Shown here: positions 1 to 13,187 of the stretch, in pieces | Layout of the letters: each line of letters opens with the position of its first letter | Position numbering within the stretch: the first letter of the stretch is position 1 | DNA from: Cyanophora paradoxa CCMP329 | Taxonomy: Eukaryota; Plantae; Glaucophyta | Direction of reading: 5' to 3' | Assembly: GCA_004431415.1 (NCBI GenBank) | Contig: QPMI01000428.1 | Coordinates: 186,001-250,000, forward strand | Length of the DNA: 64,000 nt | The notes under the pieces: model-generated | Told to the model about the DNA's origin: nothing | Database searches by the model: none | What the model saw: only the letters and a program-made list of their open reading frames with translations | Program-made: the position numbers and the translations under genes

Positions 1-2845
1 CTGCTGGTGCGCACTAGAACTGCAGCTATTCGCTGCAATGCGCACTCGCTGCGCACTCCGACGCCTGAGCGGTGCGATCAGGGTCGGAGCAAATCTCCGT
101 CCGCGTCATTTCAGGCCCGAAACCGGGCGAGTGTGCCGTGGTCCCGTCGTCCGGCGTCGCTCTTGAGACGCAGTTCGTCGTCACCTGTTCCGGCTGGAAC
201 GCCGCCTACTCCGAAGACGCGAGCCTTCGCTACCAACTGAAGGTCTAGATCTTGCTCAAAAAGCTTCCTTTCCGGTCGAAATTGATCGACACTCATCGCA
301 ATTCGATCGCATGCAGATGGTTACGCCGACCGGCTCCCTTGCGACGCTGACGCAACCGCGCTCGGCTCCTATCATGCGCACGTGCGCAATTGCATATGAT
401 TTCAATTTCTATCTTCGATCATGGCGCTGATGCCTTGCGCAGACTTCTGTCAGCGACCGGCAGCGGCGCAACTAATGTTACTCTTGTGGTCTTCGTGACC
501 GACCAACACGGCTCGACAACCGGTCAGTCGCCGCGTTTTGATCGGCTTCCGATTCGTAGAAGTCGTTTTCATTTCCGCTTCTTGCGCAGAGCATTTCCTC
601 CAAGTGACGGTGACTAGCGCAATCATGCAGGCGCTATCAGAAGCGATACGCTCGAGCTCGAGCTCCCAATCCGGATCCGGAACGGGCTCCCAATCCGGGT
701 CCGGAGCGGGCTCGCAGTCCGGATCCGGAACGGGCTCCCAATCCGGATCCGGGACGTCGGCCGCGGACGAGAAGACAATGAAGCTCGCCAAGGAGGCGCT
801 GGTCTCGCTCCTCACGCAGGCGGGGAGCATCATCAGCGTCACCGACGACGACGGCGACCGCGAGAGCGTCATCGGCGTGGCCGTAAACGCGGCCCTCATG
901 GTCACGGACGTCATGGAGATGGTCCTCGGGAGCTCGAAGCAGAACCCGGCGAGGGCCATCACGAGATTCGAGGACAAGGACGGGGCCATCCAGAGCCTGC
1001 TGGGGCCCCTGCTCCAGGCCGTCGCCTCCGTCGTCAACGCCAACGACACGACCAAAGAACAGGCTAGCTATAGTCTCCGAGCCCCAGAATCGCTCGCTCT
1101 TACCTTTGCTGAGCAATCATTAAATCTCGCAGGACGTGCAAGCCATGTCGGCTGTCTCCGTGCTTGCGGGGGTATCCGTCCGGTGCGTCAAATTAATTAA
1201 AACGAAAATACGAATATTAGTGCTGATCATGGTTGTCGATCGGCAGCACGTCGTCGAAGCGTGTCCAGGCGTCGCTAGCCTCACTGCTGCGGGAACTGCT
1301 CAAGGGGCTCGACCCGTGCACGGACTTCGCCGAAGTCCGCGACCTGATCATGGGGGCCGCCGACGCGTTCGTCGGGTGCGCGCGCTTGAACGGCAAACGC
1401 CGCTCAACTCTGTCCGCCCACTCACACCCTCGATCGCGATCATTATCGTTACCAGGTCGGGCAACTGGGCCGCGGAGGAAGGGAGCGAGTCGGAAATCTT
1501 CCGCATCATCGACGAACTCCTCAACGAGTTCTCGATGCAGTCCCTCGGCTGCAGCATCTGCGGCACCCAGGCAACCAGGGCTTCCATGTCTCGCATCACG
1601 CTCGCGTTTGGCCGCGGTGCGCTCTTTTCTGGTCGAATAGCAAATGACGAGTCGGCATCATTGCTTTGCTAAGTCGCGTCGCGCCGCCAGTCTGCTTCTC
1701 GGCCGACGCGGACTCTACCATCGTGACGGTGGGCAGCGCCGGGTACAAGATCGACACCGAGCTCCCGAAGGAAGTGAGGGACCTGGGCAAGGAGTACATC
1801 GGCGACGTCGCCGACAGCCTGCCTTTCAAGCTGACCGGCTACCTGGTTCGAATTCGCACCCCGAGTCGACTCGCTTCCGTCTCTTGACTAGTGCTCGCGC
1901 CCAGCGTTCACCCTACGTCGAGAAGAACAACACCGCAAAGGCGTTCAACCTCTCCACCGGTGTACTCAACGTTGGTGCGTGGCGTTTGTGCGACATGCAG
2001 CGAACGCACAGCTGCTAACTTCGAATTCCCCGAAACACGTGCAGAGACTCCGGGCGTTCCCGTCAAGGACCTGAAACGCGGCATCACGTTCCGCTTCCAG
2101 ATGCCTAACGGGTGAGCGGAGGCCGTTTGTCGCGGCCGCGCACGCGCACAAATCCATGCACTTACGTCCACGTGTCTGCGCAGCACGACCCCCGTTCTGC
2201 CGCTCGACCTGGTGTTCTACAACACGTCAAGCGGCGAGTGGCAGACGTGCAGCAATGTCTCTCTAACGCACGACAAGGGCGGCAGCGGGTGGACCGCCAC
2301 GGGCGTGTGCGACCACCTGACGCCATTCGTGCGTACCATTTGAGGTTTGCGCGGTCCTGTCGCTCCTCTAAACCCGAAGGCAGGCCATCGCCGCGCCGCC
2401 TCCTGTCGTCCTGGCTACTGTTCCCATCGGCGGATCGGTTTCGGATTACCAGAACGCGCCGCCGTCGCTGGCTGGCGGCGTGAACGTCGCCGCCGCGGTC
2501 GCGATCCCCGTCGTCTTGGGCGCGGCCGCGGCCCTCGCGGCGTGCGCGTGCTTCGCCGTCGCGGCGGCCCGCCGCAGGCGGCGCCGCGAAAAGCAGGACC
2601 GCCCGGCCCTCGGGATGGCACCCTCTTCGGGCGACCTGCAGCGCCGGTCGTCCATCTTCAAGGGGCTCTCGCAGAGCAGACGGGCCTCGGTCCCTGGGCA
2701 CCCGGTGGCCGCGCACGAAGTCCAAGTGTACTTCGACGCGGCGAATGCGAACCGGGGGAGGAGCTCGAGCCTCCCCGCGCAGTCCGGCCAGCCCCCGCTG
2801 CAGCCCCCGCGGAACACGAAGTCGCCGCTACACATATTCATTTGA
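1..2845 (+). CDS. 3' part of a multi-exon GPS-motif (GAIN/REJ-polycystin-like) single-pass membrane protein; 5' end probably upstream of the window
   Basis: Spliced reading gives WTATGVCDHLTPF|AIAAPP (GPS consensus C-x-H-L/T-x-F, ~2290-2328, intron gt..cag ending 2383), then TM segment VAAAVAIPVVLGAAAALAACACFAVAAA, basic stop-transfer RRRRRREK, short tail and TGA at 2843-2845. Confidence 0.7.
664..757 (+). repeat. 24-bp coding tandem repeat (about 4 x SQSGSGT/AG)
   Basis: tcccaatccggatccggaacgggc-like unit repeated about four times, in frame. Confidence 0.85.
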
Positions 2846-3780
2846 TTTCGGGCCACGGACAACGATAACTAAAATATTAATATAGCATGTGGCTTGTAAT
2901 GATTGATATCATGTAGATTAGGTCCAATTTAGAGTAGAATTTTGCAGATTTGTCGCCTCTGCACAAGAGGTGTGTTTGGTACCATTATAATCAGAGCTTA
3001 ACATGTTTTTAAACAAGAGGTGTTACTGAACTTTCGCATTTAATTTCGCTAAAAATTTCAAGCACGCATACTGCGGCTTCTGTACATATGTGAGTCACGC
3101 ATTTTCAGCGAGATTTTCCTTTCTTCTAGCGAAGCTAGGTCACAGTGTTTTAGCGCGGACAGCTACACTGTGACAGCTATAGCTATATAGCTAGCACTGT
3201 TTCGCAGTCGCCGTTGGACCGTTCGACGGATCGAGCTCTCTCACAGAAGACTCTAACAGCCAGGATGTATAGCTTATCGAATTCAGTGTTCTAAGTAATC
3301 GAACGAATCCCAGTCGCTCGTGATCAAGCAAGCGAATAGGAGAATGGAAGAGGGAGCTCGAGAATGGAATAGGAGGAGAATTATGGCGCGCGAACAGCCG
3401 GGCAGCGTTCAGGTCAGAATGTGCAAGCAGAGGGCTAAGCACCCCCCCCCCCCCCCCCCCCCCGCCCCCTTCCCCCCCCTCATAAGTTCATTACTCACAC
3501 GGTCGAGGCGTGCCCATGTCCTCCCCCCCCCCCCTCCCCCCCTCGATCCACCCCTCACTCCCCCATCCACCCTCCTCCCTCCGGTGCACCCGGAATTATG
3601 TATACCCCCTGACATTCTCTTGCAATAACTCAAGAATTATGATGACCATGAGTCGAATTTAGCCCTCCAATTCACTTGGACAGGACGGGCCAACAAAGGC
3701 GGGCGGGGCGTGGCGGGGCGGGCGGTGCCACGGTGAGCCGGGCGGGCCGCCGGCGGCAGTCACTGCGTCTCCCCGGCGTC

Positions 3781-5457
3781 TCACTTGGACGGCTTCGACG
3801 TCGGAGGCTTGGTCTTGTGGTCGATCACGACCTGCACCACGTCCTGCGCCCCGCCCGTGCTCGAGAGGGGGGAGGAAGGCGGGGGGGAAGGGGTACGGCG
3901 CGCCTCGTCCTCGAGGACCTGGCTGACGCCGACGCGCTGCGGCTTGTGCTTCACGCTCCGGCCCTGTACCCCCGGACCCCGGACCCCCCCCGTCGGCCCG
4001 CGGCAGAGGGCGTCACGCAGTTTGAAAAGAGAAGATTCCCGTACCCAGACGAGGGCGTACTTGAAGTTCTTGATGAAGTCCCTGTTGGGGGTAAGCGTCA
4101 GGGGGGTAGAGGTGCGGGGCACCGGCCGGGGGGCCGGGGCGCGGAGCGCTCGCCTGTGGATCATGTTGCAGAGCGCCTCGATCGTGTTGCCGCTCTTGTC
4201 CTGCGCGCGCGCTGGCGTCGGGCCGCGCCCCACGCTCCGCGCCCCACGCTCCGCGCCGCCTTCTAGCGCCCCATCGAAGGCGGTGGCAGGCGGTGCGCTA
4301 AGCGGGCAGACGGCGGCAGGCGGGGCCCTTTCTAACGACGGGGCGGGGCGGGCGGGCGGGCGGGCGGAGGCGGGGGGCCCGCGGGGAGGCGGAGGCGGAG
4401 GCGGGCGGCGAGGGAAGGGGGGGGGGGGGGGGGGGGGGGGTACGGGGCGGACCTCGCGGAGGATGAGGCAGTCGGAGAAGTCGGGCGGGTGGCCCCGCTT
4501 CTTCGTGTAGATGCGCACCAGCGCAAGGTACTCCCAGATCTAAGGAGCGAGGCTCAGCAGCTGAGCTCGGCTGGGCTGAGCTGAGCTCGGCTGGGCGGAG
4601 CGGGGGCACCTGGGCGAGGAGGTAGTCGAGGTTGAGGTCCCAGTTGCAGCTGCGCGGCCCCCGCCGGCCGTCAGCTGCGCGAGCGGCTCCGGTGCGGGGC
4701 GTGGGGCGGCGGGGCGGGGCCGCCGGGGCTCGCTCGCCTGAGGACGATGGAGTGGGGCGTGTGGGCGATTCGGTCCACCTCCTCGATCGTGATCGTGTCG
4801 ATCTGCGCGGGGCCGGCGGTGTCGGCCCCGGCCCCGGCGCGCGCGTCGGAAAGAGGGAGAGGAGAGGGCCCGCGGGCCTTCGAGGGGGGGCGGGGGGCAG
4901 GGGCGGGGCAGGGGTGGGGCAGGGGTGGGGCGGTGCGCGGGGGCGGGCGCGGGGCCCGGGCGGCGCGGCGCTAGCGGCAGGGAAGGGGCCGGCGGAGATC
5001 CAGAGGCGGGCGGGGCTCTGAGGGGGGGGGCGGGAGGCGGGTGATGACCTTGTTGTAGCAGTAGAGGCAGCTGCGGCAGAGGATCGGAAGCAGGTGAGAA
5101 GGGCCCCGGGCGCCGGGGCGCCGCCCGCCGCCCCGCCGCCCCTCGCCCCGGGGCGCACAAAAGCTAACAAGCTAAAGCAGCAGCAGCGCGGCCCAGCGCC
5201 GCCGCCCCGCCCATCGCCCCCGGCCTAGATTGCCCTCGGAAAGAGCGGCCCTAGGCCCTAGGGTTTTGGCCCTAGGGGGCCATCTCCGCCCCATCGCCCC
5301 TCTCCCTTCGCCCCTGGGGGCGGGCGGACCGGATGTACTGGCGGTTGCCCTCGACGACGTCGATGAACTGGTCCACCGTCGCGTCCTCCCGCACAATCAC
5401 CTCCGCGTTGTGGATCTGCCGGGCGGGGCGCGGGGCGCGGTCAGCGGGGCGCGAGCG

Positions 5458-5488
<31 letters not shown>

Positions 5489-6869
5489 GGGGGGCGGGGC
5501 GGGGGGCGGGCCTTGTACTCGTGCAGGATGCCCGTGATGACCTGCCGCCAGCGTCCAACCGCGCGTCAGGACCAGAGGCCACAATGCGGCCGGAGGCGGC
5601 GGCCGTTCTGTTCTTCTATCTATCCGAGAGGCGCGGGCGGGCGGGCGGCGGGGAGGGAGGGGCCGGGCGGGGCGGTGCGCACGCGCTCGTCGAGGTACGT
5701 GAGGGGCCCGCACGTGCTCACCACCGCCACTCCGCCCGTCTTCTTCGGCCTGAGACGAGGCGCGAGAGCCGGTCAGGCGGCGCGAGAGCTGCGGGGGGAG
5801 CGGGGAGGGGGGCAGGAGCGCGCTTGTAGTAGATCTGGGGCGGGCTCTGGTTCAGGCGGATGCCGACCGTCTCGAGCTCGTGCGTCAGCAGCTGTTGCGA
5901 ACGAAGCGCAAGGCGCCGTCAGCTTCCGAGGCGGCCGCGTGGCGGGGCGGGGCCGGCGCGCCCGCTTCTGGACGTCGCCCTTGCTCGCGTCCAGCATCAT
6001 AAGGATCAGGTCTGCGGGCGATCGGATCGGTGAGGGAGGGACTTGCGCGCGCGGGGCGCGGTGCGGGGCTGCGACGCGCCTGCGGAGCGGCCGACGGCGA
6101 TGACTTGGCGACCGCGGCCCTTGCCCTCAGCGGCGCCTTCGATGATACCGGGCAGATCCAGCAGCTGAATGCGTGCCCTGCGGATCCGGACCGCTATCAG
6201 CGCCCGCGCCGGCGCGAGGCGTCGCGGCGGCGCCCCGCTCACCCCTTGTACTCCACGACACCTGCCAGGCGCCGTCAGCGACGTTGGGGCAGGGCGGCGC
6301 GGAACGGCGGACCGGGAATGCATGTGAGAGTGGTGAATTCGTACGCGGCAGCCTCGCTGTGCGTCCCGGTGAGCTTGCTCAGCAGCTGCGGACCGACCGA
6401 CCGGTCAGCGGCGCGGCGAGGGCAGCGGCGAGGGCGATCCGGCCGGGCCGCACCGTCGACTTGCCGACGGAAGGAAAGCCGATGAGCGCGACGCGCGCGT
6501 TGCCGCTCTTCTCGACGTCGAAGCCTGCGCGCCGCGCCGCTCGCCATCGCCATCGGGCGGCCCGCGCGAACCCCAGCGCGGCACACCTTCGCCCTTGCCC
6601 TTGCCGCCGCCGCTGCCAGGATCGATGAGCTGTGCGCGGTACCTCGCCAGCTTCGCCTTGAGCAGGCCAAGATGGAACTCTGCCGCCTGGGTGAGGCGAG
6701 CGACGCGCCACGCGCCGCTGCGGCGGACCGGTGGCCTTGTTCTTCTGCGTCCGCGCAATCTCCGTCTCGATATCCTGCCATCCGACGCGCTTCAGCCGAC
6801 GCGGCGTGCCGGCGGGCGGAAGCTGATGGCGCAGCGCGGGCCGACCTTGATCTTCTCGAGGATACCCAT
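3781..6869 (-). CDS. DRG2: Developmentally regulated GTP-binding protein 2 (OBG family, TGS domain), about 20 exons
   Basis: Spliced product [42 protein letters not shown]1 [23 protein letters not shown]3 [20 protein letters not shown]4 [30 protein letters not shown]; ATG at 6869, stop at 3781-3783. Confidence 0.96.
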
Positions 6870-7101
6870 TCCTTAGTCCTTCTCGATCTTCTTCTCGATC
6901 GCTTGTTGCCTCAGCGCCGCCTCTGCCCTCGTGGCGAGTCGCGATGGCCGACGCGCTCCCACACGCTCCCCGATGCCGCTGGATTGCGCTCCGCCGCTCT
7001 TCGATCGGTAAACAGTGCGAAAGCCGCCGGAATCGCAGACCGGGTCGAAAAACACCGCCCGGAAAACGCCGGATCGGATCTGCCGCGGTGGGATTCGTTC
7101 G

Positions 7102-9584
7102 ATGCTGTGCCTGCGGCTGTCGCGGGCCCTCGCGGCCCCCGCGGCCGCCCCACTGCGACACGCCGCGTGCCAGCTATCACTACTTAGGCCTGGGCCGGTT
7201 GCGCAATACCTGGCCCTTCGACACGTCGCGAGCCGCAACGCTGCCGCGTCGGCGGAGGCCGCCGCGCCGATAGCCGCGGCGAACGCGGCACAGGCGGCGA
7301 CGCCGGCGGTGAACGCGGCGGAGGTCCTCGGGGCGCGGACGACGCGGAGGAAAAGGAAGGCAACGCGGGTGGCGGAGAAGTACGAGGCGGAGGGCGAGCC
7401 CGTGCTCATGAAGGTCTTCGCCCTCAACACGGCGGAGCGATACCAGCTCGAGCGCATCGTGAAGTGGTCCGCCGCGCCGCCGCCGGCGGCCCGCCGGTCC
7501 GCCGCCTCGCGTGACGCAGCCGCCCCCGCGCGGATCAGGTCCCCGACGCGGCCCCCCGCGAGCCTGCTCAAGGATCTAACCGAGTCCATGTGTGAGCGCT
7601 AACGCCGCCCGCCCGCCCGCCGCGCCCGCCGCGCCTGACCGCTCGCCCGCTCCGCAGACTACGCGAAGGTCCCGCCGCGCCCCGCCGGCCGCGCCCCGCC
7701 GCCGACCGACGCGCCTTCTCCGCCGCGTGCGCAGTGGTCCGACAACCCGCTGCAGGAGCAGACTGGGCAGGTTAGCTGAGCGGCCGCAGCCCCGCAACCA
7801 TCCACTCCCCCGCCCGGCCTCCCGACGCCCCGCCCCGCCCCGCCAACCGCCCCGCCCCGCAGGAGAGCGAGCACGACGTCTTCTACTTCGACGTACCCCC
7901 TCCCTTGCGCACGCGTACCCTCCCCGCCCGACCCGCGGCGCGCAGAACGGCACCGTCGTCCTCTGGGGCTTTGATCAGAACCGTGCGCCGCCCCACGCGC
8001 CCCGGCTACCCGGGTACACCCCCTAACGCAATCCCGTACCCCCCGAAGGGATGGCGAACCTCGTCAGGCACCTGGGCGCCTTTGAGGAGCTACCCCTCAA
8101 GGTCCACGTCGTGGACGGTGCGCCGTACCCCTCTCAGCGAGCCGCCCCGTCCAGTATCTCAACTTCTTCTCCGTCTGGGGTACGCCAGATTTCGAGTACC
8201 GGTACGGGCAGGAGGCGGGGATCAGCGACGACGTCCTGGTGACCGCTACCCCCCGCCCGTCCTCCCCCCCCTCCCCCCCCTCTCTTAACACCCCCCCGCC
8301 CGCCAGGTGCTAGCGACGGAGGACGAGAACCTCTCCCCCGTCCAGCAGAAGGCGCGCCGCGCCCCTACCCCCCCAAATCTCGCTACCCCCCCTTGAACCC
8401 CCCCCCAGCTGGCGTTCTCGATCGCGCTGTCGCGGTCCGTGAAGCTCGACGCCCTCGAGGAGAAGTGCCACCACGCCGTCGCCAAGGCCCGCACGCGTAC
8501 CCTCCTCCTCCTTCCCCCCCCCTCCTGACGGGCGCCCCTCTGGCAGGTGCGGGACGTGCCGCGGGACCTGGAGGAGGACGAGAGCGCGCCGCTGCACCGG
8601 CGCGCCGCCCTTGTCGCCGCCTCCATCCTCGGCACCGGCGGGCCCCGCAACTCCCTCGCCAAGATCATGGCCCGCTGCCTTCCCCCAAGCGGGCCCCCCT
8701 CCCCTCTTTCACGCTCTGACGACCCGGGCTTCTCCCTTCCTCCCCCTCAGAGCGTGATGCGGGAGGTGATGCAGGCGCGCGGGGAGCTGAACCTCTACGC
8801 CGACCTCACCGAGGACCCCGAGGTGCCCGCCGGCCACGCCCAAATGTTCTAGCTCCTGCTAGAGCTAGCTGGCCGGCTGGCTCCAGCAAGCCGGAGCGGC
8901 CCGGGAGGGGGAAAGGGCTAGAAGGCGGAAGACGAGCGGCTCGGGGCTCGCCCCAGGTCTGGCCGCTGAGAGGCTGTGGGCGGGCGCGGGGGCGCAGAGC
9001 TACTGGAACAACAAGGCGGCGTCGGACCTGCTGCGGAGCGCCCTCCACCACCTCGAGATCTACCGCCGCAAGAAGGCGCGTGCTGCGAGCCCCCAGGGCG
9101 CCCCGGAGCGAGGGAGGGAGGGAGGCTGACAGCGGGGCGGGGCGGGGCGCAGGGCCTGAACGAGAAGCTCGAGTACTCCTCCTCCCTCCTCCAGGCCCGT
9201 CCGCCCCGCGCCCCGGGCTTCCTCCGGCCTATCTGAATCGGCCCTTCCCTGGTCTCGTTCAGATCGTCTGGTCGCACCACTCGGAGCAGCGTTCTCTCCG
9301 CCTCGAGTGGGCGCGCCCCTCCGCCCCGCGCGCCTTCGCTGCGCCATGCGACGCTCGCTTTGTTTTGGTTCGAGCGACCGCCGCCCCGCCGGCTGACGCT
9401 GCTTCCTTCGCTCCCCCGCAGATCATCATCATCCTCATCGCGATCGAGGTCCGCCGGGCCCCACGCCCCCGGCCCTTCGACCTCCGTCACTCTGCCCCGG
9501 CTGTTCCTTAGATCCATCTCAGGCGTACCCCCGCAGGTCGTCTTTGGGACCATCCAGCTCGTCAAAGGCGGCGGGCCCCACTGA
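7102..9584 (+). CDS. RMND1: RMND1/RMD1-family (DUF155) protein with probable mitochondrial presequence, multi-exon
   Basis: Arg/Ala-rich N-terminus; motifs NTAERYQL, DVFYFD-NGTVVLWG, SIALSRSVKLDALEE, ELNLYADLTEDPE, LNEKLEYS and C-terminal SLRLEW-IIIILIAIEV typical of DUF155. Confidence 0.85.
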
Positions 9585-9717
9585 TCGAGAGCGCCCGGGC
9601 CCGGGCCCGGTCGCCGGCGGCAGCCCTAGGCGCAGCCTGGGCATCTCTCGTAATCAATATTTATGCACAGAGAAATGAAAGCGGGAGTACAAGAGGAAAG
9701 GGAAAGGGGGCTCAGGC

Positions 9718-12024
9718 CTAGGGGGCCGGGGGCGACCCGGGGTACCCCAGCTTCTCCGCGACGACCTCCGCGATCGCGAGGGCGGACGTCAGCCCCGGGC
9801 TCTCGATGCCTGCGAACGAAGGGCGCGGTTCAGGCGGGGTACGGGGAGATCTGGAGAAATTTTTTGCGGGGGTACGCGCCCACGAGGTTGACGAGGCCGG
9901 GGAAGCCGCGCGCCGATTCCTCCGCGATCACGAAGTCACGCGCCGCCTCTCCCGGGCCCGAGAGCTTTGGCCGGATCCCTGGACAGAGTAAAGAAGGTAG
10001 AGGGGTACGGGAAAGAAGGAGATGAGGTGGGGGGTACCGGCATAGTCCGGGAAGAGCTGGTCTGCCCGCAGGGACGGAAGGTACCTGCGGGGGCGCATCG
10101 GTGTCGGCGGGGGTACGAAGCCCTGGGGGGGTACATGGCCCACCGGAGCGCTGCCTTCCAGAACGCGTTACGCCTCCCCTCGTCCACTTCGTAGCTGATC
10201 GCCTGGCGGGTACACGTCGACCAGGGCGCGGGGTACGCAAGCGTTTGGGCACGGGGGGGTACGGGCTCGCACGTCGACATACTCGACGTCCGGCCCGAGG
10301 CGCATGCGGCCGCCCATGTCGAGCGTGGCGTGTACCCCCAGGCCCGCGAGGTTGTGCTCGGGGCAGGGGTACACGAGCCTCCGGACGGGGGCGGGGCCCG
10401 ACACCCCGAAGTAGATTCCGCGGCAGAGGCGGAGGCGGTACTCAGGGGGGGTCGCCTCGCCCATCGCCGCCCGCGCCACCTGCGCCCCGCCCGGTCACCG
10501 GGTTGTATGCTTCGCTGAAGAGAGGTGCGCAGGAAAGGGGCGCGCGGGCGGGCGGGCGGGCCTTGTCGGCGTGCAGGCCGGCGCAGTTGACTACCGTACG
10601 CGCGCGCAGCGTAAAGTCCTGCGGAGGAAGCGGCGCGGCGTCGGCGCGGGGGCGGCGGGGGCGGGGGCGGCGGGGGTGCGGACCTCGTCGCCGCTCTGCT
10701 TCGTGTGGACGAGGTACGAGTCTAGTGCCCGGGCGAATTCGGGGCGGATCAGAGCGGGCGGGGCCGGGGCGGCGATTCGAGCTGGAGAGCTCAGCGGCAC
10801 GAGCCGGCGCACCGCCGTCGCGCTCGATGCGGGTGACCTCCGTCCCCGTCACGACCGCCCCGCCGGCCGCCTCCGCTGCGCCCTCCAGGTGCCTTCCCGG
10901 GCCCCACCCGAGGCCCGCTCAGCGGCCCGGACGGAGGGCCGAGGCGGCGGAGGCGGAGGCGAAGGCGGGGGCGGGGGCGGCGGGCGGCCGCACATCATGA
11001 GCGCGTGCGAGTCGACGATGCCCGTCTCCGGCGAGAGGAGCGCCTGCGGCGGGGCGGGGAGGGCGGGCCGCGTGAGCGGGCGGGCGGGCGAGGAGCAAGG
11101 CGTGGGCGAGGGCCGGGGGGACGGGCCTCCTTGCAGCGTACGAGGGGCTCGTCCCTCTGCCGCTCCGCCTCCGACAGGAACCGCGTCGGCACCCCCAGCG
11201 ACGCTGCGCGCGCCCGGACCGAAGATCGCGATCGGCGGCGGCGGCGGCGGCGGCAGCGGGCGGGCGGGGCGGGGGCACAGGGGCGCGCCGGCCTTCTCGT
11301 GCATGCGCGACAGGAAGGCGGCCTCCTCGTCGTCCTGCGCCACGATCCACTTCCCCAGGCGCCGGTGGGGCACCCCGTGCCGCTCGCACGCTGCGCGGCA
11401 CCCGCCCGCCGGCCCGCTCGCTCACTCGCGGAACTGTGACGGGGCGGGGCGGGGCGGGGCGGGGCGGGTCTGCCGGGCGCGGGCGCACTCTCGTAGAGCA
11501 GGTGCCGCCCCCGGATGCAGAGCCGCGTCTTCAGGGAGGCCGGCGGGTAGTAGATGCCGCTGTGCACTGCCCCGGGCCGGGTCGAGGACGGCCGCTCAGG
11601 CGCCGGCGCCGGCGGGGCGGACCGACTTCGCTGTTGCGGGAGCTGGTCTCCATCCCGACCTTCGCGCACTTCTCCAGGAGCAGCGTCGAGCCGCCCGCGC
11701 ACGCCGCCAGCCTCGCCGCTGCGCCCCGCCGCGCGTGAGCCCGCCGCCGAAGGCCTCGGCCGCGGCGCCGGCGCCGGCGCCGGCGCCGCGGCCGCGGAGG
11801 CGAGCGCGCCCACGGCGAGGCCGACGACGCCGCCGCCTGCGCAACCGCGTCAGAGCGGTAGCGATCACACAGCGCTTCTCCTCTCCTCTACAGCAGCGCA
11901 CCGATGACGACGTGCTGTGGGGGCGCGGCCGCGGGGCGCCGGCCGCGTCAGGCGCGAAAGGGCGGGGGCGGGTCTGGCGGGCCGGACGCACGAGCGCGTC
12001 CTCTGCCGCCGCCTGCACCGACAT
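9718..12024 (-). CDS. L2HGDH: L-2-hydroxyglutarate dehydrogenase (FAD-dependent, DAO family), multi-exon
   Basis: [125 protein letters not shown]; TAG at 9718-9720. Confidence 0.93.
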
Positions 12025-12224
12025 TGCACCGCGCGGCCGTCACGCGCCGCGGCGCCTCGCGTTGGGACTAAATTCGCGTTCACGTTGGGCCCTCGAACTC
12101 GCTCGAAGCCTCAAGTTAGTTAATCCCACCAGAGACGTCGACCGTATTCCCTATGTACGCGTCCCGTAGGCGAGCCTGGTCGCTTGGTGCAGCTGAGCAT
12201 GCTGTACCCAGACCGCGCCGACAA

Positions 12225-13187
12225 ATGGATCCGCAGGAGGAAATCGCGGCGCTCAAGTGCGCGGGTTGTGCGCGTGCCGGATGCCGCATTTCACGCGAGC
12301 GCCGCACGCCGCGCCCGTGCTGCAGGTCGGCGCTTCAGCGCTCGGAGAGCGAGCGACTGCGCCTCGCAACCCGCGTCGAGGAGCTCGAGGGCGTGCGCCC
12401 TTACTTGGCCAGTCTGTGAATCAAATTTCCACTCACTTGCACGCGCAGAACGAACAGCCGGACGAAGGCGCGACGGACACGACCCCGCTGCTCGTCACGA
12501 ACGCGGCGGAGGGGACGCAGGTGCGCGTCCTCCCCTCCTCGAGCCCTCGAATCATTTGCCGGCATCGAATCCGCTGCAGGCGCCGTGGCTTAGGCCCCAC
12601 GCGGCGTGCGCGCGGGCCATGGATTTGGAGGAAACGCGCCGCGAGCTCGCGAGCCTGCGCCGGAGTGTCGAGGCCATCAGCCGCGCGGAGGCCGCCGGCC
12701 GCTCCCGCGCGCAGGCGGTGCTCGAAGGCGTTCCGAAGTTCCACCCGCCGGACTGCAGCGAATCCAGATCTAGATCTAGAGTCAATTGCATCACACAGCC
12801 GTGGCCGCGGCCGCGGTGGTGACAAAGCTTAAGACCGCGCTCGCCAACGTCTCGTGCGCAGCGGGACCGGGAGCTCGACCACGTAGTCCAGGTGCGAGCC
12901 CGCGGCCACCGGCCGTCCGCCGAGCGTCGTTCGCGGCGTCGCTGAGCCAGACCGGGCGCGCGGGGCGCATGCGCAGGACATGGGCAACCTGCTCAAGATC
13001 GTGAACAAGATGAACGGCGCGCGCACGTGCCGCGGCGCCCCTCTGACCGCCTCGGGTTGACGCGGCTGTGGCTCTGGCTGACGTCGGCGCGCGCGCATGC
13101 GCAGGCCAGCTGCACCAGGTCCTGGACCCGCGGCTGGCCGAGGGCGTCGACACCCGGACCACCGGGGCCCTCGGCCTGGAGGAGTGA
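12225..13187 (+). CDS. Hypothetical coiled-coil protein, multi-exon
   Basis: Exons MDPQEEIAALK|SALQRSESERLRLATRVEELE, DLEETRRELASLRRSVEAI, RELDHVVQ|DMGNLLKIVNKMN|GQLHQVLD..LEE* with splice signals; one frame inconsistency near 12855. Confidence 0.6.
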
